Shown here: in pieces, positions 1 through 8,710 of the stretch
Position numbering within the stretch: the stretch's first letter is position 1
How the letters are laid out: each line of letters begins with the position of its first letter
Assembly: GCA_030587475.2 (NCBI GenBank)
Contig: JAUQYZ020000123.1
Location: forward strand, 1-13,598
Origin: Candidatus Sigynarchaeum calidifontis
GTDB taxonomy: Archaea; Asgardarchaeota; Lokiarchaeia; Sigyniarchaeales; Sigyniarchaeaceae
Direction: 5' to 3'
DNA length: 13,598 nucleotides
The notes under the pieces: model-generated
Database searches by the model: none
What the model saw: the letters and a program-made list of their open reading frames with translations, nothing else
What the model was told of the DNA's origin: nothing
Made by a program: the position numbers and the translations under genes

Positions 1-1
1 T

Positions 2-23
2 CAGTAACGGCGGAACTTCAAGT
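2..23 (+). repeat. Left terminal inverted repeat of the IS
   Basis: CAGTAACGGCGGAACTTCAAGT; 2 mismatches to the right IR. Confidence 0.9.
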
Positions 24-27
24 CTTT

Positions 28-44
28 TTTTAAAGGGTTTAAAA
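28..44. promoter_or_regulatory. Palindromic double TATA-like element upstream of the transposase
   Basis: TTTTAAA-GGG-TTTAAAA is a perfect inverted repeat. TTTAAAA (38-44) lies about 24-30 nt upstream of ATG 68, typical spacing for an archaeal leaderless promoter. Confidence 0.45.
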
Positions 45-67
45 GGAACCTTGCATTCGCCGTTTAC

Positions 68-1414
68 ATGTCTACAACAAACGTTAACGGGAAGCGCCTG
101 GCAACGTCTCCCGAGCGAATGAAGGTTCCAAATAAGAATTGGCGTGACGACGTAATAAACGTTGCGGATCGATGCGCGAAAGCATATCATTTCCGTCGGA
201 AACTTGATGGGCTTAAGCACAAGGCCATCGCCTTTTGGGAGGTCATCGTGTTTGGCGTGTTGTTCGGCCTAGGGACAGCGGATGCGGCAAACAAGTTGAA
301 TAAAATCAAGATCGCAGATGCGAACAAGGATAAGCGGCGGAAGAAGGTCAATCGTGAACTGGCAGGTCGCTACGTGCGCCATGAGAGGCTAGTTCCGGAC
401 AAATCGCAGGTCAACGACTTCAAGCGGAAGCTACCCGAGTGGTTCGTGAGAAACCTGGAGCTTCACGTGCTCAAGGCGCAAGTGGATTACTTGTTGGGTT
501 GCAAGATGCTTCCCAAGACCGTTGACGTCATCATCGACTTCAACGACAAGGCGTATTATGGCAAGTTGAAGAAGGAGGAGAGCAAGACGCTGATCGGCTC
601 AAACAAAGCCCCTGGAACCACGCGGGTGCGTAAGTTTCTCGGGGTCATGATCAAGGCGGGACAGCTCCGCGTGTTCACCCATATCAACTTGATCCACAAA
701 AGCGTCCACCACGACGAGTTCGTGAAGAAAGCGCTTGGTGACCTGTTCGTCTGGGGGTTCAACATTCGGAGAGTGCTTGCGGACAGGTGGTTCGCGAACA
801 GGGGCGTGCTGGAGTGGTGCCAAGCCCGGGACATCGAATATATCGGCCCGTTCCACAAGCGAAGTAATGTTATCAAGCATATACACGCGTTTTTAAAGAC
901 CGGAACGCGCATCGTGTTCCCATTCTTGATCCAAGGAGAACTTGCACGTTACAAGGGTCAACCGCCAATGCAAGCGTGGCTGTTTTTAGCGACACGAGAA
1001 AAGAAGCGTTTATCTGGCATCCGCCACCAATATCTGAAAAAGAAGATAACGCTTGCCGAAGCCACGAAGAAAATACACGTTTTCGTTGTCACGACGCAAC
1101 CGCCTGCAAACAAACGGCAGCGGGCAGCATGGCTCCGGGAGCTTGCCAGGTATTATAAACATCGCTGGTTCATCGAGACGGCATTTCTCGACCTTGACCG
1201 CATCAAGCCGACGTGCCACGCGCGCACGGATGGAGCGAAAATCTTTTGCATCACGATGCGATGTTGGCTCTATAATGCGTGGCAAATCGAGCGGGAACGG
1301 AGACGACGGCTACGACGGGTGCCAGCGTCTGTGCGGCATGGCCCCACATTAACGGAGTTTTGCGACACGGTGTTCGAGACGAACTTCGGCGTCTCGTGTA
1401 TTGTCCTGGCATAA
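68..1414 (+). CDS. DDE transposase, ISH3 family (IS4 superfamily)
   Basis: 448 aa, basic. Motifs IIDFNDKAYYG (first Asp, ISH3-like D..YYG), VLADRWF (second Asp) and YKHRWFIETAF (Y-x2-R-x3-E signature with catalytic Glu). Lies between the IRs. Confidence 0.9.
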   Translation: MSTTNVNGKRLATSPERMKVPNKNWRDDVINVADRCAKAYHFRRKLDGLKHKAIAFWEVIVFGVLFGLGTADAANKLNKIKIADANKDKRRKKVNRELAGRYVRHERLVPDKSQVNDFKRKLPEWFVRNLELHVLKAQVDYLLGCKMLPKTVDVIIDFNDKAYYGKLKKEESKTLIGSNKAPGTTRVRKFLGVMIKAGQLRVFTHINLIHKSVHHDEFVKKALGDLFVWGFNIRRVLADRWFANRGVLEWCQARDIEYIGPFHKRSNVIKHIHAFLKTGTRIVFPFLIQGELARYKGQPPMQAWLFLATREKKRLSGIRHQYLKKKITLAEATKKIHVFVVTTQPPANKRQRAAWLRELARYYKHRWFIETAFLDLDRIKPTCHARTDGAKIFCITMRCWLYNAWQIERERRRRLRRVPASVRHGPTLTEFCDTVFETNFGVSCIVLA

Positions 1415-1466
1415 ACGGAGAAATGATTAAATTGTCGAAAATTAACGGGGTGACCTAGAATTTGCA

Positions 1467-1488
1467 ACTTAAAGTTCCGCCGATACTG
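1467..1488 (-). repeat. Right terminal inverted repeat of the IS
   Basis: ACTTAAAGTTCCGCCGATACTG, the reverse complement of the left IR with 2 mismatches. Confidence 0.9.
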
Positions 1489-1630
1489 ATAATATCTTTC
1501 CTCGAAAACGTGCTAATAATCTAATCGTTCGGGCTCCGGCCATCCGATATTCCACTTGCTGGGCATGCATTGATATAGCGTCGTGATGCCCCTCGTATCG
1601 ATTCACCGAGTCATGGTACCTTCTTACATA

Positions 1631-1660
1631 GATCGATGCGGTCTCATCGATCGATTTTTT
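1631..1660. promoter_or_regulatory. 8-bp inverted repeat followed by a T tract (operator or terminator-like)
   Basis: GATCGATG-cggtct-CATCGATC (1631-1652), then T6 at 1655-1660, shortly upstream of the probable CxxCxxCC gene start at 1691. Confidence 0.3.
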
Positions 1661-1690
1661 CAATTCCATAACAATTCTCTCGGTGTTGCA

Positions 1691-2326
1691 ATGGTTATCA
1701 TCCAGGATTCAAGTTCTGGCACACGATATGCGCACGATTGTATCCGTTGTGGCGATTGTTGCCGGAATGCCTATGAGATCGTTGTCCGAACAAGCGATGT
1801 CGACCGCTGGATCCAGCTGGGGCGAGAAGACATCGCTCGCGGCCTCCAAGTCGATTTGAAGTCGGTCTCGCCCGCTGCCTTGATACCACTCTCGTGGTAC
1901 TCGACCCACGATGTCTCGACAGATGCAGACCCGATCGGGCCTGAGAGGGCATTCATCGCTGCCCATCAGGTGGAATTCGATGCGCTGGCCTCATTCTTGA
2001 AAAACGACCACGAGAACGCCGGGACGGGGCATATTTCTCCCGACACGTTCATCCCATTTTGGATTTTACCCGATGTTGACTTCCGCGCGGTTTTGCGGCC
2101 GAAAACACTCGAGATCGCGAGAAAAGGGCTCAGACACGGCATCAGATACGTGGCGATCATGGCTTTCAAGCATTCATGTGCATTTCTCGAGGGAAATGCA
2201 TGCAGCATACACGAATTGAAACCAGCGGATTGTGCCGAATATCCCGTGAAGGAACAACTGGAACGGGATCCTCGTGCCATGGCAAAGTTCCTCGCCGTTT
2301 GCAAGGGCGTGTGCAAAGTGGATTGA
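1691..2326 (+). CDS. YkgJ-like CxxCxxCC cysteine-cluster (putative Zn/Fe-S binding) protein
   Basis: N-terminal CIRCGDCC and C-terminal CAFLEGNACSIHELKPADCAEYP match the family pattern C-x-F-L...C-x-I-H/Y-x2-K/R-P-x2-C-x2-Y/F-P. Start placed at ATG 1691 (MVIIQ...) rather than the ORF-track start at 1583. Confidence 0.82.
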   Translation: MVIIQDSSSGTRYAHDCIRCGDCCRNAYEIVVRTSDVDRWIQLGREDIARGLQVDLKSVSPAALIPLSWYSTHDVSTDADPIGPERAFIAAHQVEFDALASFLKNDHENAGTGHISPDTFIPFWILPDVDFRAVLRPKTLEIARKGLRHGIRYVAIMAFKHSCAFLEGNACSIHELKPADCAEYPVKEQLERDPRAMAKFLAVCKGVCKVD

Positions 2327-2370
2327 AACGATTATTGAGAAGAAAGAAATGATCGTGGTAGGAAATAACA

Positions 2371-3921
2371 CTACGCGTTCTTGCGTTTCTGTTCCAAAGG
2401 CAAAACGAACGTGAACTTGCTGCCCTTGTACCGGCCTTCAGATTCGACCCAGATTCGCCCGCCGTGCCGCTCAATTATCTCCTTGGTGATGAACAAACCG
2501 AGACCGGTTCCTTGAATGTCCAAGTCCAACTTCACCCCTTCGCGATTGATCTTGCCGAAGCGGGTGAACAGCTTCTCCTTCTCCTCGTTCGTGATGCCCA
2601 CGCCGTTGTCGATAACAGATGTCGTGATTTCCTTGGAAAGATCGTCCTTGGAAACATGCACCTCGATTCGACCCCCTGGTTGCGTGTTCTTTATGGCATT
2701 GGTGATCAAGTTCGTGAGCACTTGCTCGATGCGCGCCGTGTCGAAAGGAAAAACGAGCGATGGGGGCGCCGTGATTACGAGGTTCTGGTTTCGGGATTCC
2801 AACAAGTATTCCTGTTCTTTTACAACTCTATTGAGGACCATGACGAAATCATCATCTTTAGAAACGAGCTCGATCTTGCCGGTCTGGATCTGTGATATAT
2901 CGAGCAATGAATTCACGAGAGATTTGAGCCGGGTCGCGCCTCGATTGATCATCTCGACGAACTTGAGTTCATCGCTACCGAGTGACGCCTTGTAATTCGT
3001 AAGCAAGAATTCTACCGCGCCACACATGGAAACGAGTGGTGTCTTGAGCTCGTGAGATGTCACGGCAATGAAATTGTTCTTTAGCTCGTCGATTTCCTTT
3101 AGCTTGGCAATTTCATCCTCCAAAATCTTTTCAGCCTGCTTTTGCTTGGTTATATCATCCAAGATCACGCCGGCGCGATCATTAAGCATGAAGAATACCT
3201 GAATCTTATAGGCTTTTTCTATGGCACCATTCTCCTTTACGTGGAGATTTTCGAAGGTGAACGGCTTTCCGCTCTGGCTTCCCTCCACGACTTGCCTCAT
3301 GATATTCTTCTCGTCCTCGTGTTTCCAGAAATCCATCAACGGGATACCTTGAAGCTGAGCGAGGCTTTTTCCAGCTAGCTTTTCCGCAGCGGGATTACAA
3401 TCGAGAACCGTGAGCTTGCCTCCTCTCTTGATTTTACAAATGAAAATGGCCGAAGGAATGGCCCGCAATATCTCTATCGATGATTTCGATGAATCCCAAA
3501 GCTTTTCCAGGCTTTCCCAGTATAGCGACTCCGCCGGTAGTGCTTGATTGCTCACGTCGATGATGAACGCGGGCCAATATCCAGGAATCCCATCGACGTG
3601 CAAATAAAACGCCTTGATTTTCACGATCCGGCGATCCATCGCCTCTATCTCGAGCTTGGCCTCCCTCGCTTCACCGCTTTGGCTTTCCTGGCAAACCGAT
3701 TCCACGAAGCCATTGATATTCTTTTTGGAGGGCAGCGCGCTGGTAAGCAGCGCTCCCACATTCTTCCCTAAAAGGTTTTCCTCCCCGAGTATTTTACCCG
3801 CGACAGCATTGGCGTATTGGATGGTACCAGAATAGTCGGTCACGACGAAGCCCAGGTCCAGAGCTAAAAAAGCTCGTTCCCATACCTGGCTGCTGGATTT
3901 TGAATCCTTGAAAATCTCCAT
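2371..3921 (-). CDS. Cytoplasmic PAS-PAS sensor histidine kinase (HisKA + HATPase_c)
   Basis: H box SHELKTPL, N box QVLTNLITNAIK, G1 DNGVGI, F box LFTRF, G2 GTGLGLFI. Two PAS-like starts (GFVVTDYSGTIQYANAVA; AIFICK...VLDCNPAAEKL) and a PAC end DITKQKQAE. No TM helix seen. Confidence 0.93.
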   Translation of the reverse strand: MEIFKDSKSSSQVWERAFLALDLGFVVTDYSGTIQYANAVAGKILGEENLLGKNVGALLTSALPSKKNINGFVESVCQESQSGEAREAKLEIEAMDRRIVKIKAFYLHVDGIPGYWPAFIIDVSNQALPAESLYWESLEKLWDSSKSSIEILRAIPSAIFICKIKRGGKLTVLDCNPAAEKLAGKSLAQLQGIPLMDFWKHEDEKNIMRQVVEGSQSGKPFTFENLHVKENGAIEKAYKIQVFFMLNDRAGVILDDITKQKQAEKILEDEIAKLKEIDELKNNFIAVTSHELKTPLVSMCGAVEFLLTNYKASLGSDELKFVEMINRGATRLKSLVNSLLDISQIQTGKIELVSKDDDFVMVLNRVVKEQEYLLESRNQNLVITAPPSLVFPFDTARIEQVLTNLITNAIKNTQPGGRIEVHVSKDDLSKEITTSVIDNGVGITNEEKEKLFTRFGKINREGVKLDLDIQGTGLGLFITKEIIERHGGRIWVESEGRYKGSKFTFVLPLEQKRKNA

Positions 3922-4021
3922 TGACCAATCATAGCTCTTGCTGTGGTGGACGGGGTAGTTATTTAATTTGCGCGTTCTGCAATTATTAACTTAATTCCCT
4001 TGCATATTAAAGAGGTTACCC
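3922..4021. promoter_or_regulatory. Divergent AT-rich promoter region (kinase / GxGYxYP gene)
   Basis: AT-rich blocks ATTTAATTT, AATTATTAACTTAATT and ATATTAAA. SD-like GAGGT (4012-4016) precedes ATG 4022. Confidence 0.45.
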
Positions 4022-5827
4022 ATGATGCGAAAAAAGCGCCGATTCGGGCTGCAAGTATGCATCGCGTGCTTGTTGGTGTTCTTGATGCATCTTGGACCGG
4101 GTATTTTCTTTCATACATCTTTCGTCGATTTACACGGGAACGATCGGCAAGGTATCGGAACTATAGCGATCGTTCCATCCGATGGCACGCATAATTTTAC
4201 CGTGGTCGATATCCGCAACCACCATTTTTCGCTGGCGGAGCGTTACTTACTTGCATCCATCGATGGACTCGTGAACAAGAATGGTTCGAACTTGTTCATC
4301 ATAGAAAGTTTTATCGACGAGTTTTGGTTCAATTACATCAACGGCAGCGGACTGTATTCTGGCCAGCTCCTTCCATTCACAAGCGTGCTCGATTTGGTCG
4401 ATCATTTCAAGGAATATTTCGAGGGCATCATCATCTTCGACAAGAACGATCCGGACCAGGCGAACATGGCCACGCCGCTATGCGGTGCAAACAAGTCGCT
4501 GCTCGTCGACCACGATATTTACAACGCGGTCAAGGCCGTGTTCGATGCGCCAGTGACCTACAACATGACCAAGATCGTCTCGGATAATGCCCTGACTACC
4601 CGCACGGCAAAATATGCATATGCCTTCGACAATTTCTATCCAATTTCGAATCAGTCGGCGCTCGCGTATTTCGCGGAGGATGCCCCACACCACGCCCGTA
4701 GTTTCTACATCGCCAACAACATCTTCACGTTATGGCGCGTGCTATACGTGCACTCGGCCCCTGACGCGGGGGACAAGGATCCAGATCCCCAAGACCAGCT
4801 CGATCTCGTCGCGCGCATCCTGGACGAGACGCCCATCAATATCCCGGTGTATGGCTATCCGTGGCCAGACGGTAGCAACGAGGGCGCTGCGGTGACCCAG
4901 ATCTCCCGCCGCGGAAAGTATGTAATCGCCAACGATTGGGCATTCAACTTGCCATTCCTTGCGAACATGCGACTTCCCCAGGACTACAGGTTTTCACAAC
5001 CGCGGTGTGATTGCATTTTTTTTCCAGAAAACAAGATCTACGTCGCCGGTCTCTGGTCGGACGGGGACAACATCCAATACGTGTTCAACTTCATGAAGTT
5101 CACGCTCTGGGACAATCGCATGGCCGGTCACGTGCCGACCGGCTGGACGATCTCGCCGTCGTGTTACGATCTGATGCCGTGGGTGATGAAATGGTTCTAC
5201 GAGAACAGCACGCCTTACGATTATTTCGTCGCTGCCCTGTCCGGGAAAGGGTACATGTACCCGCGAGAAATGACCGATGCCATGCTCCAAGCGTACTACG
5301 CCGACGTGCGTCCCTTGCTCGATCTCACGGATTTGCACGAGTTGCACACGATGAACATCGGGGACAAGGCCGGGACGGTCGCCGGCCTCCTCGGCAACAA
5401 GGTAAACGTCATCTTCGACGGCTACGGGGGTAATCGCTACGAGTTTCCCGAGTTACACCACGGCACGCCCGTCCTCCATTCACTCTACCTCACACTCCAG
5501 CCGAACAACACGGAGGAGCAGTTCCGCAACGTGGTCAATTTAAAGACCGTCGCGGCCACCCAGCCCGTTTTCGTGTTTTTCAACATCCACTGCTGGAGCG
5601 GGAGCAGCGATCCGCTGTTCTGGAACAAGTTCGCCGCCCGATTGCAAGCTGCCGGGGTGGAAGTTGTCCGGCCAGACGTGCTCGCCCAGCTCGCGAGGCG
5701 GGCGAATATCGGGGCGGCGTTCAACGTGGTTCCGGCCAACGTGATGCTCGCGTTGACCTTAAGCACGACCGTTGTAGCCCTCGCCATCGAGATCCTCCGC
5801 GTTCGCAAGGATCGATCAGTGCTATAG
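4022..5827 (+). CDS. GxGYxYP-family putative glycoside hydrolase, secreted and C-terminally membrane-anchored
   Basis: Signature SGKGYMYP, plus SDGDNIQY and PTGWTISP typical of the family's C-terminal domain, and ASIDGLVNK in the N-terminal domain. Basic-hydrophobic N-terminus (RKKRRFGLQVCIACLLVFLM) and a C-terminal TM with basic tail (VMLALTLSTTVVALAIEILRVRK). Confidence 0.85.
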   Translation: MMRKKRRFGLQVCIACLLVFLMHLGPGIFFHTSFVDLHGNDRQGIGTIAIVPSDGTHNFTVVDIRNHHFSLAERYLLASIDGLVNKNGSNLFIIESFIDEFWFNYINGSGLYSGQLLPFTSVLDLVDHFKEYFEGIIIFDKNDPDQANMATPLCGANKSLLVDHDIYNAVKAVFDAPVTYNMTKIVSDNALTTRTAKYAYAFDNFYPISNQSALAYFAEDAPHHARSFYIANNIFTLWRVLYVHSAPDAGDKDPDPQDQLDLVARILDETPINIPVYGYPWPDGSNEGAAVTQISRRGKYVIANDWAFNLPFLANMRLPQDYRFSQPRCDCIFFPENKIYVAGLWSDGDNIQYVFNFMKFTLWDNRMAGHVPTGWTISPSCYDLMPWVMKWFYENSTPYDYFVAALSGKGYMYPREMTDAMLQAYYADVRPLLDLTDLHELHTMNIGDKAGTVAGLLGNKVNVIFDGYGGNRYEFPELHHGTPVLHSLYLTLQPNNTEEQFRNVVNLKTVAATQPVFVFFNIHCWSGSSDPLFWNKFAARLQAAGVEVVRPDVLAQLARRANIGAAFNVVPANVMLALTLSTTVVALAIEILRVRKDRSVL

Positions 5828-5878
5828 GACAGCCCGTTCCTTACATGACTTGATCACGCTTCCTCGTATTGCAAACTT

Positions 5879-8677
5879 TCAAGGATGCCCTTGATCTTTC
5901 TCGGCGGGCATTTTTTCGTGCTTTTTTTCGGTCTTGTTGATGGTGAACCCGAGCGTGAGGATCTCTTGTTGCCTAGCAAAAAAAGAGACCGAGTTTTCCT
6001 TCTCGATAACGAGCTTGGACACGTGGCGTTCGAGCAAATCGAGCAGCCACGCTTCCTTCAGCGGATATGCAATTGAAATCGATCCCGTCAAAGGTGTGGT
6101 GGATGTGGATAGCACCCGGATGACGATCTCCTCGGGATTTTCCTCGGAGCGCTTGATCGCAGTAATGACGAGTTGTTCTGGCTCGACCGTGATGAAACCG
6201 GCCGCGCGGGGAAGGGCTTCGCCTTTTATATCCCGTCCAGGCGATTGCACCGCGACGAGCGGCACGTTGAACCCGAGGGCTTCTGTCGGGATGCGAGCCT
6301 GGATCGGGTCGCCGTCATGGAAGATCAGCGAGTACCGGAACTCGTGGCTGCCTATCTCGAAGGCTTCTGGAATGCTGTAGAACGGGCCTAGCAGCAGCGG
6401 CACATTACCTGCTGCAAGGGTGCCGACGTAACCGGTGCTGCGTAGCAGCGTTAGGAACATCATCGTCTTGTCCTCGCTTATCTCTTGTTCCGGCAAGCCG
6501 ATGTTCATTATCGTCATTCCCTTGCATTCCTCCGCGCTGGAAACATCAATCCAGTTGATAGCCGGGAAGATCCGGTCGTAATGCGCGAAGCGCTTGTTCT
6601 TATAGCTCCAGGCATTTCCTTTCTGCGGGGTCGGATCCCGCTCGATATGCCCGAACGGGATCTCCGTGCGAAACACGGGCTGCTTAACGGGCACGGGAAA
6701 GCAAGCCTGGATTCGCACGTTGCGCGCACGGTTCTCTATACGCGTGATGAAATCGATCCGGGGCGGGCCATGGTGGTTCAATATCACGTACTGGGTCACG
6801 TCATTGACCGGTTTGAAAAAGAGCTTGTTCTTGCACTGCAGCTTCGACGAGATGCGAATGACCACGCGAACCGGACCATCCTCCACCACAACGAGTTTAT
6901 TCCCGAACGTCGTAAATACTTTCTTTGGCATCGTGCCTTCGAGGTAACTGTCTCCACGGTCGTTGAAGATGCGCAGCTCGTTAATGGCTTGTCGCTTCCC
7001 GTCGGCGAGCAAGGCCCCCGCCTTGTCCTTGATCGATCTTAATTTTCCAGCTTCGAAAACGAGCGTGAAATGCAATCCATTGACCTCGACCGTTTCACCT
7101 TTCACGGAGACGCTGTTTCCCGCTAGGCCATTAGCCGGCCTGGCCTTCTGGTCGATGTTCGCGGCCCGCGTGATCGTGTAGGTCGCATATCCTGCGGGGG
7201 GAACAGCGTTGCAAGCCATCACGTGCACGTGCTCGTCTGTCGAAATGCAATCTTTCTGGAACGGCAGCTGCTTACCTGTCTCATCGAGAATCGAGTCCAA
7301 TCTTGCATCGCCCAATAACTTGAAGGTTACGATCCCGTCCCTCGTCGCGGCGATCGCGTTGAAAACGAAGATCGATTCCTTACCATTCAAGGGCCCAAGG
7401 GTCGTTATCGAGTTTGCAAGGGTGTCCAGCGCGGATGTATAGATCTTGTTGAGCTGCATCGTGGATAACTTGAGTTGTTTCATGACGTGCACGAATGCGG
7501 CATCAACGCAGCAGCCCGGAAGGGCATCGTGGAAGCAGCAGCGGAGCAAGCGCCAGGTGGCCTTCTTGATTTCTCGTGCAGGGTAAGGAAAACCAGACCG
7601 TGTCGACGCGATTGTCGACGTGACCTCGGCTAGATACAAGGCGTTTTCGCAAGCCCGGACGGCCTGCTTCACGCGGACGCGCGTGCTGAACGTGCCCGTG
7701 AACTTGTCCATGAAGCCAGACATCTCGCACGGGCCAATGCTGGTCAGCTGGCGGCCACTCTCCCGGATCGCCTGGAAAAAGTCACGGGGAAGGGCGACGT
7801 GGACGCGGAGCTGCTTGTGCTTGTGGTTCAAGTATTCCACCGCGTCGAGCACGTTGGAACTCGGTGGCAAGTTGTCCGTCCCGCACAGGATGAAGACGTT
7901 CGGCGTTGCTGCTTGCGCGGCACGTCGCTTGATCGTGAAGGTGAGGCCGCCGATGTCGCTGCCGATCAGCGCGGCCCCGGCGTTGATGCACGCGATCCGC
8001 TGGAACAAGTATTTGATCGGTGGTAGCACGCTCTTCAAGATTTCGTGCACCTTGAAGGCTTGCGGGATAAGCGCGATAGTGAACGGGATGGGGGCGAACG
8101 GGTAGACCGGGGCGAGGATGGTGCCCGTGTATGGCGGGAGAACGAAGGCATAGTTGATGCGCATCCAGTGCGTGAGTACACTCGTGCCGTCCAGCGCCAT
8201 CCAGTAAAATTCTTGTGGGATATTCCTGCGGATGGCCCCTCGCACGAAGATAAACTGCTCCAGGCCGGCCTTCGCGAGGAGCTGGGGAAACTGCGCAGTT
8301 ATACCGAAGGAATCGATCAAGAATCCCGTCTTCGGCTCGACGCCGAACTGTTCCTTGAAATAACGCATGCCGTGCAAGAACTGGCGGGCAAGGGTCTCCC
8401 CCCTTGCCAGGAGCGTGTCCGGGGCGACGACCATGCCCCCCATGAGCTCGATTCGGTTCTCGGCGACCCGCTGCACGAGTTCAGCCATCATGTCCGGGTA
8501 GTGGAGCTTGAAGTACTCGACCGCCATGGCCGAGTCAATGATATATTTATAGCCGGGATACTTGCGCATGAGGAGGAGGGCTTCCTTGATGAGCTTGGCG
8601 TTCTTTGCGCCCATGGCGTCGGGTGGATCGCACCAGAGATAGTCGTAGTGGCTATGTGGGGTCAAAAAAACGTCCAA
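5879..8677 (-). CDS. GH38 alpha-mannosidase (start uncertain)
   Basis: N-terminal PHSHYD (Zn-binding HxD), GFLIDSFG (nucleophile Asp), EFYWMALDGTSV, GTDN, FHDALPG (Zn His), middle and C-terminal beta domains (EIPFGHIER, LTLLRS, ITAIKRSE). The only in-frame start is TTG 8677. No signal peptide. Confidence 0.92.
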   Translation of the reverse strand: MDVFLTPHSHYDYLWCDPPDAMGAKNAKLIKEALLLMRKYPGYKYIIDSAMAVEYFKLHYPDMMAELVQRVAENRIELMGGMVVAPDTLLARGETLARQFLHGMRYFKEQFGVEPKTGFLIDSFGITAQFPQLLAKAGLEQFIFVRGAIRRNIPQEFYWMALDGTSVLTHWMRINYAFVLPPYTGTILAPVYPFAPIPFTIALIPQAFKVHEILKSVLPPIKYLFQRIACINAGAALIGSDIGGLTFTIKRRAAQAATPNVFILCGTDNLPPSSNVLDAVEYLNHKHKQLRVHVALPRDFFQAIRESGRQLTSIGPCEMSGFMDKFTGTFSTRVRVKQAVRACENALYLAEVTSTIASTRSGFPYPAREIKKATWRLLRCCFHDALPGCCVDAAFVHVMKQLKLSTMQLNKIYTSALDTLANSITTLGPLNGKESIFVFNAIAATRDGIVTFKLLGDARLDSILDETGKQLPFQKDCISTDEHVHVMACNAVPPAGYATYTITRAANIDQKARPANGLAGNSVSVKGETVEVNGLHFTLVFEAGKLRSIKDKAGALLADGKRQAINELRIFNDRGDSYLEGTMPKKVFTTFGNKLVVVEDGPVRVVIRISSKLQCKNKLFFKPVNDVTQYVILNHHGPPRIDFITRIENRARNVRIQACFPVPVKQPVFRTEIPFGHIERDPTPQKGNAWSYKNKRFAHYDRIFPAINWIDVSSAEECKGMTIMNIGLPEQEISEDKTMMFLTLLRSTGYVGTLAAGNVPLLLGPFYSIPEAFEIGSHEFRYSLIFHDGDPIQARIPTEALGFNVPLVAVQSPGRDIKGEALPRAAGFITVEPEQLVITAIKRSEENPEEIVIRVLSTSTTPLTGSISIAYPLKEAWLLDLLERHVSKLVIEKENSVSFFARQQEILTLGFTINKTEKKHEKMPAEKDQGHP

Positions 8678-8710
8678 CTTTTCATTTTCGCGGATTTTTC
8701 TTCCCTCCTC

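Larger units (their letters stand above)
2..1488 (+). mobile_element. Complete insertion sequence, ISH3 family (IS4-like DDE), about 1487 bp
   Basis: Left end CAGTAACGGCGGAACTTCAAGT (2-23) matches the reverse complement of 1467-1488 (CAGTATCGGCGGAACTTTAAGT) at 20/22. The ends enclose a single DDE transposase. CAG termini and size fit ISH3-type archaeal elements. The right flank ATAAT (1489-1493) ends in T, as does base 1, which is compatible with a 5-bp target duplication cut by the window edge. Confidence 0.88.

Noticed and set aside
1469-1669. 66-aa minus-strand ORF running into the IS right end, as a gene disrupted by the IS
   Set aside because: No recognisable motif, and the other half would lie outside the window, so it cannot be supported.
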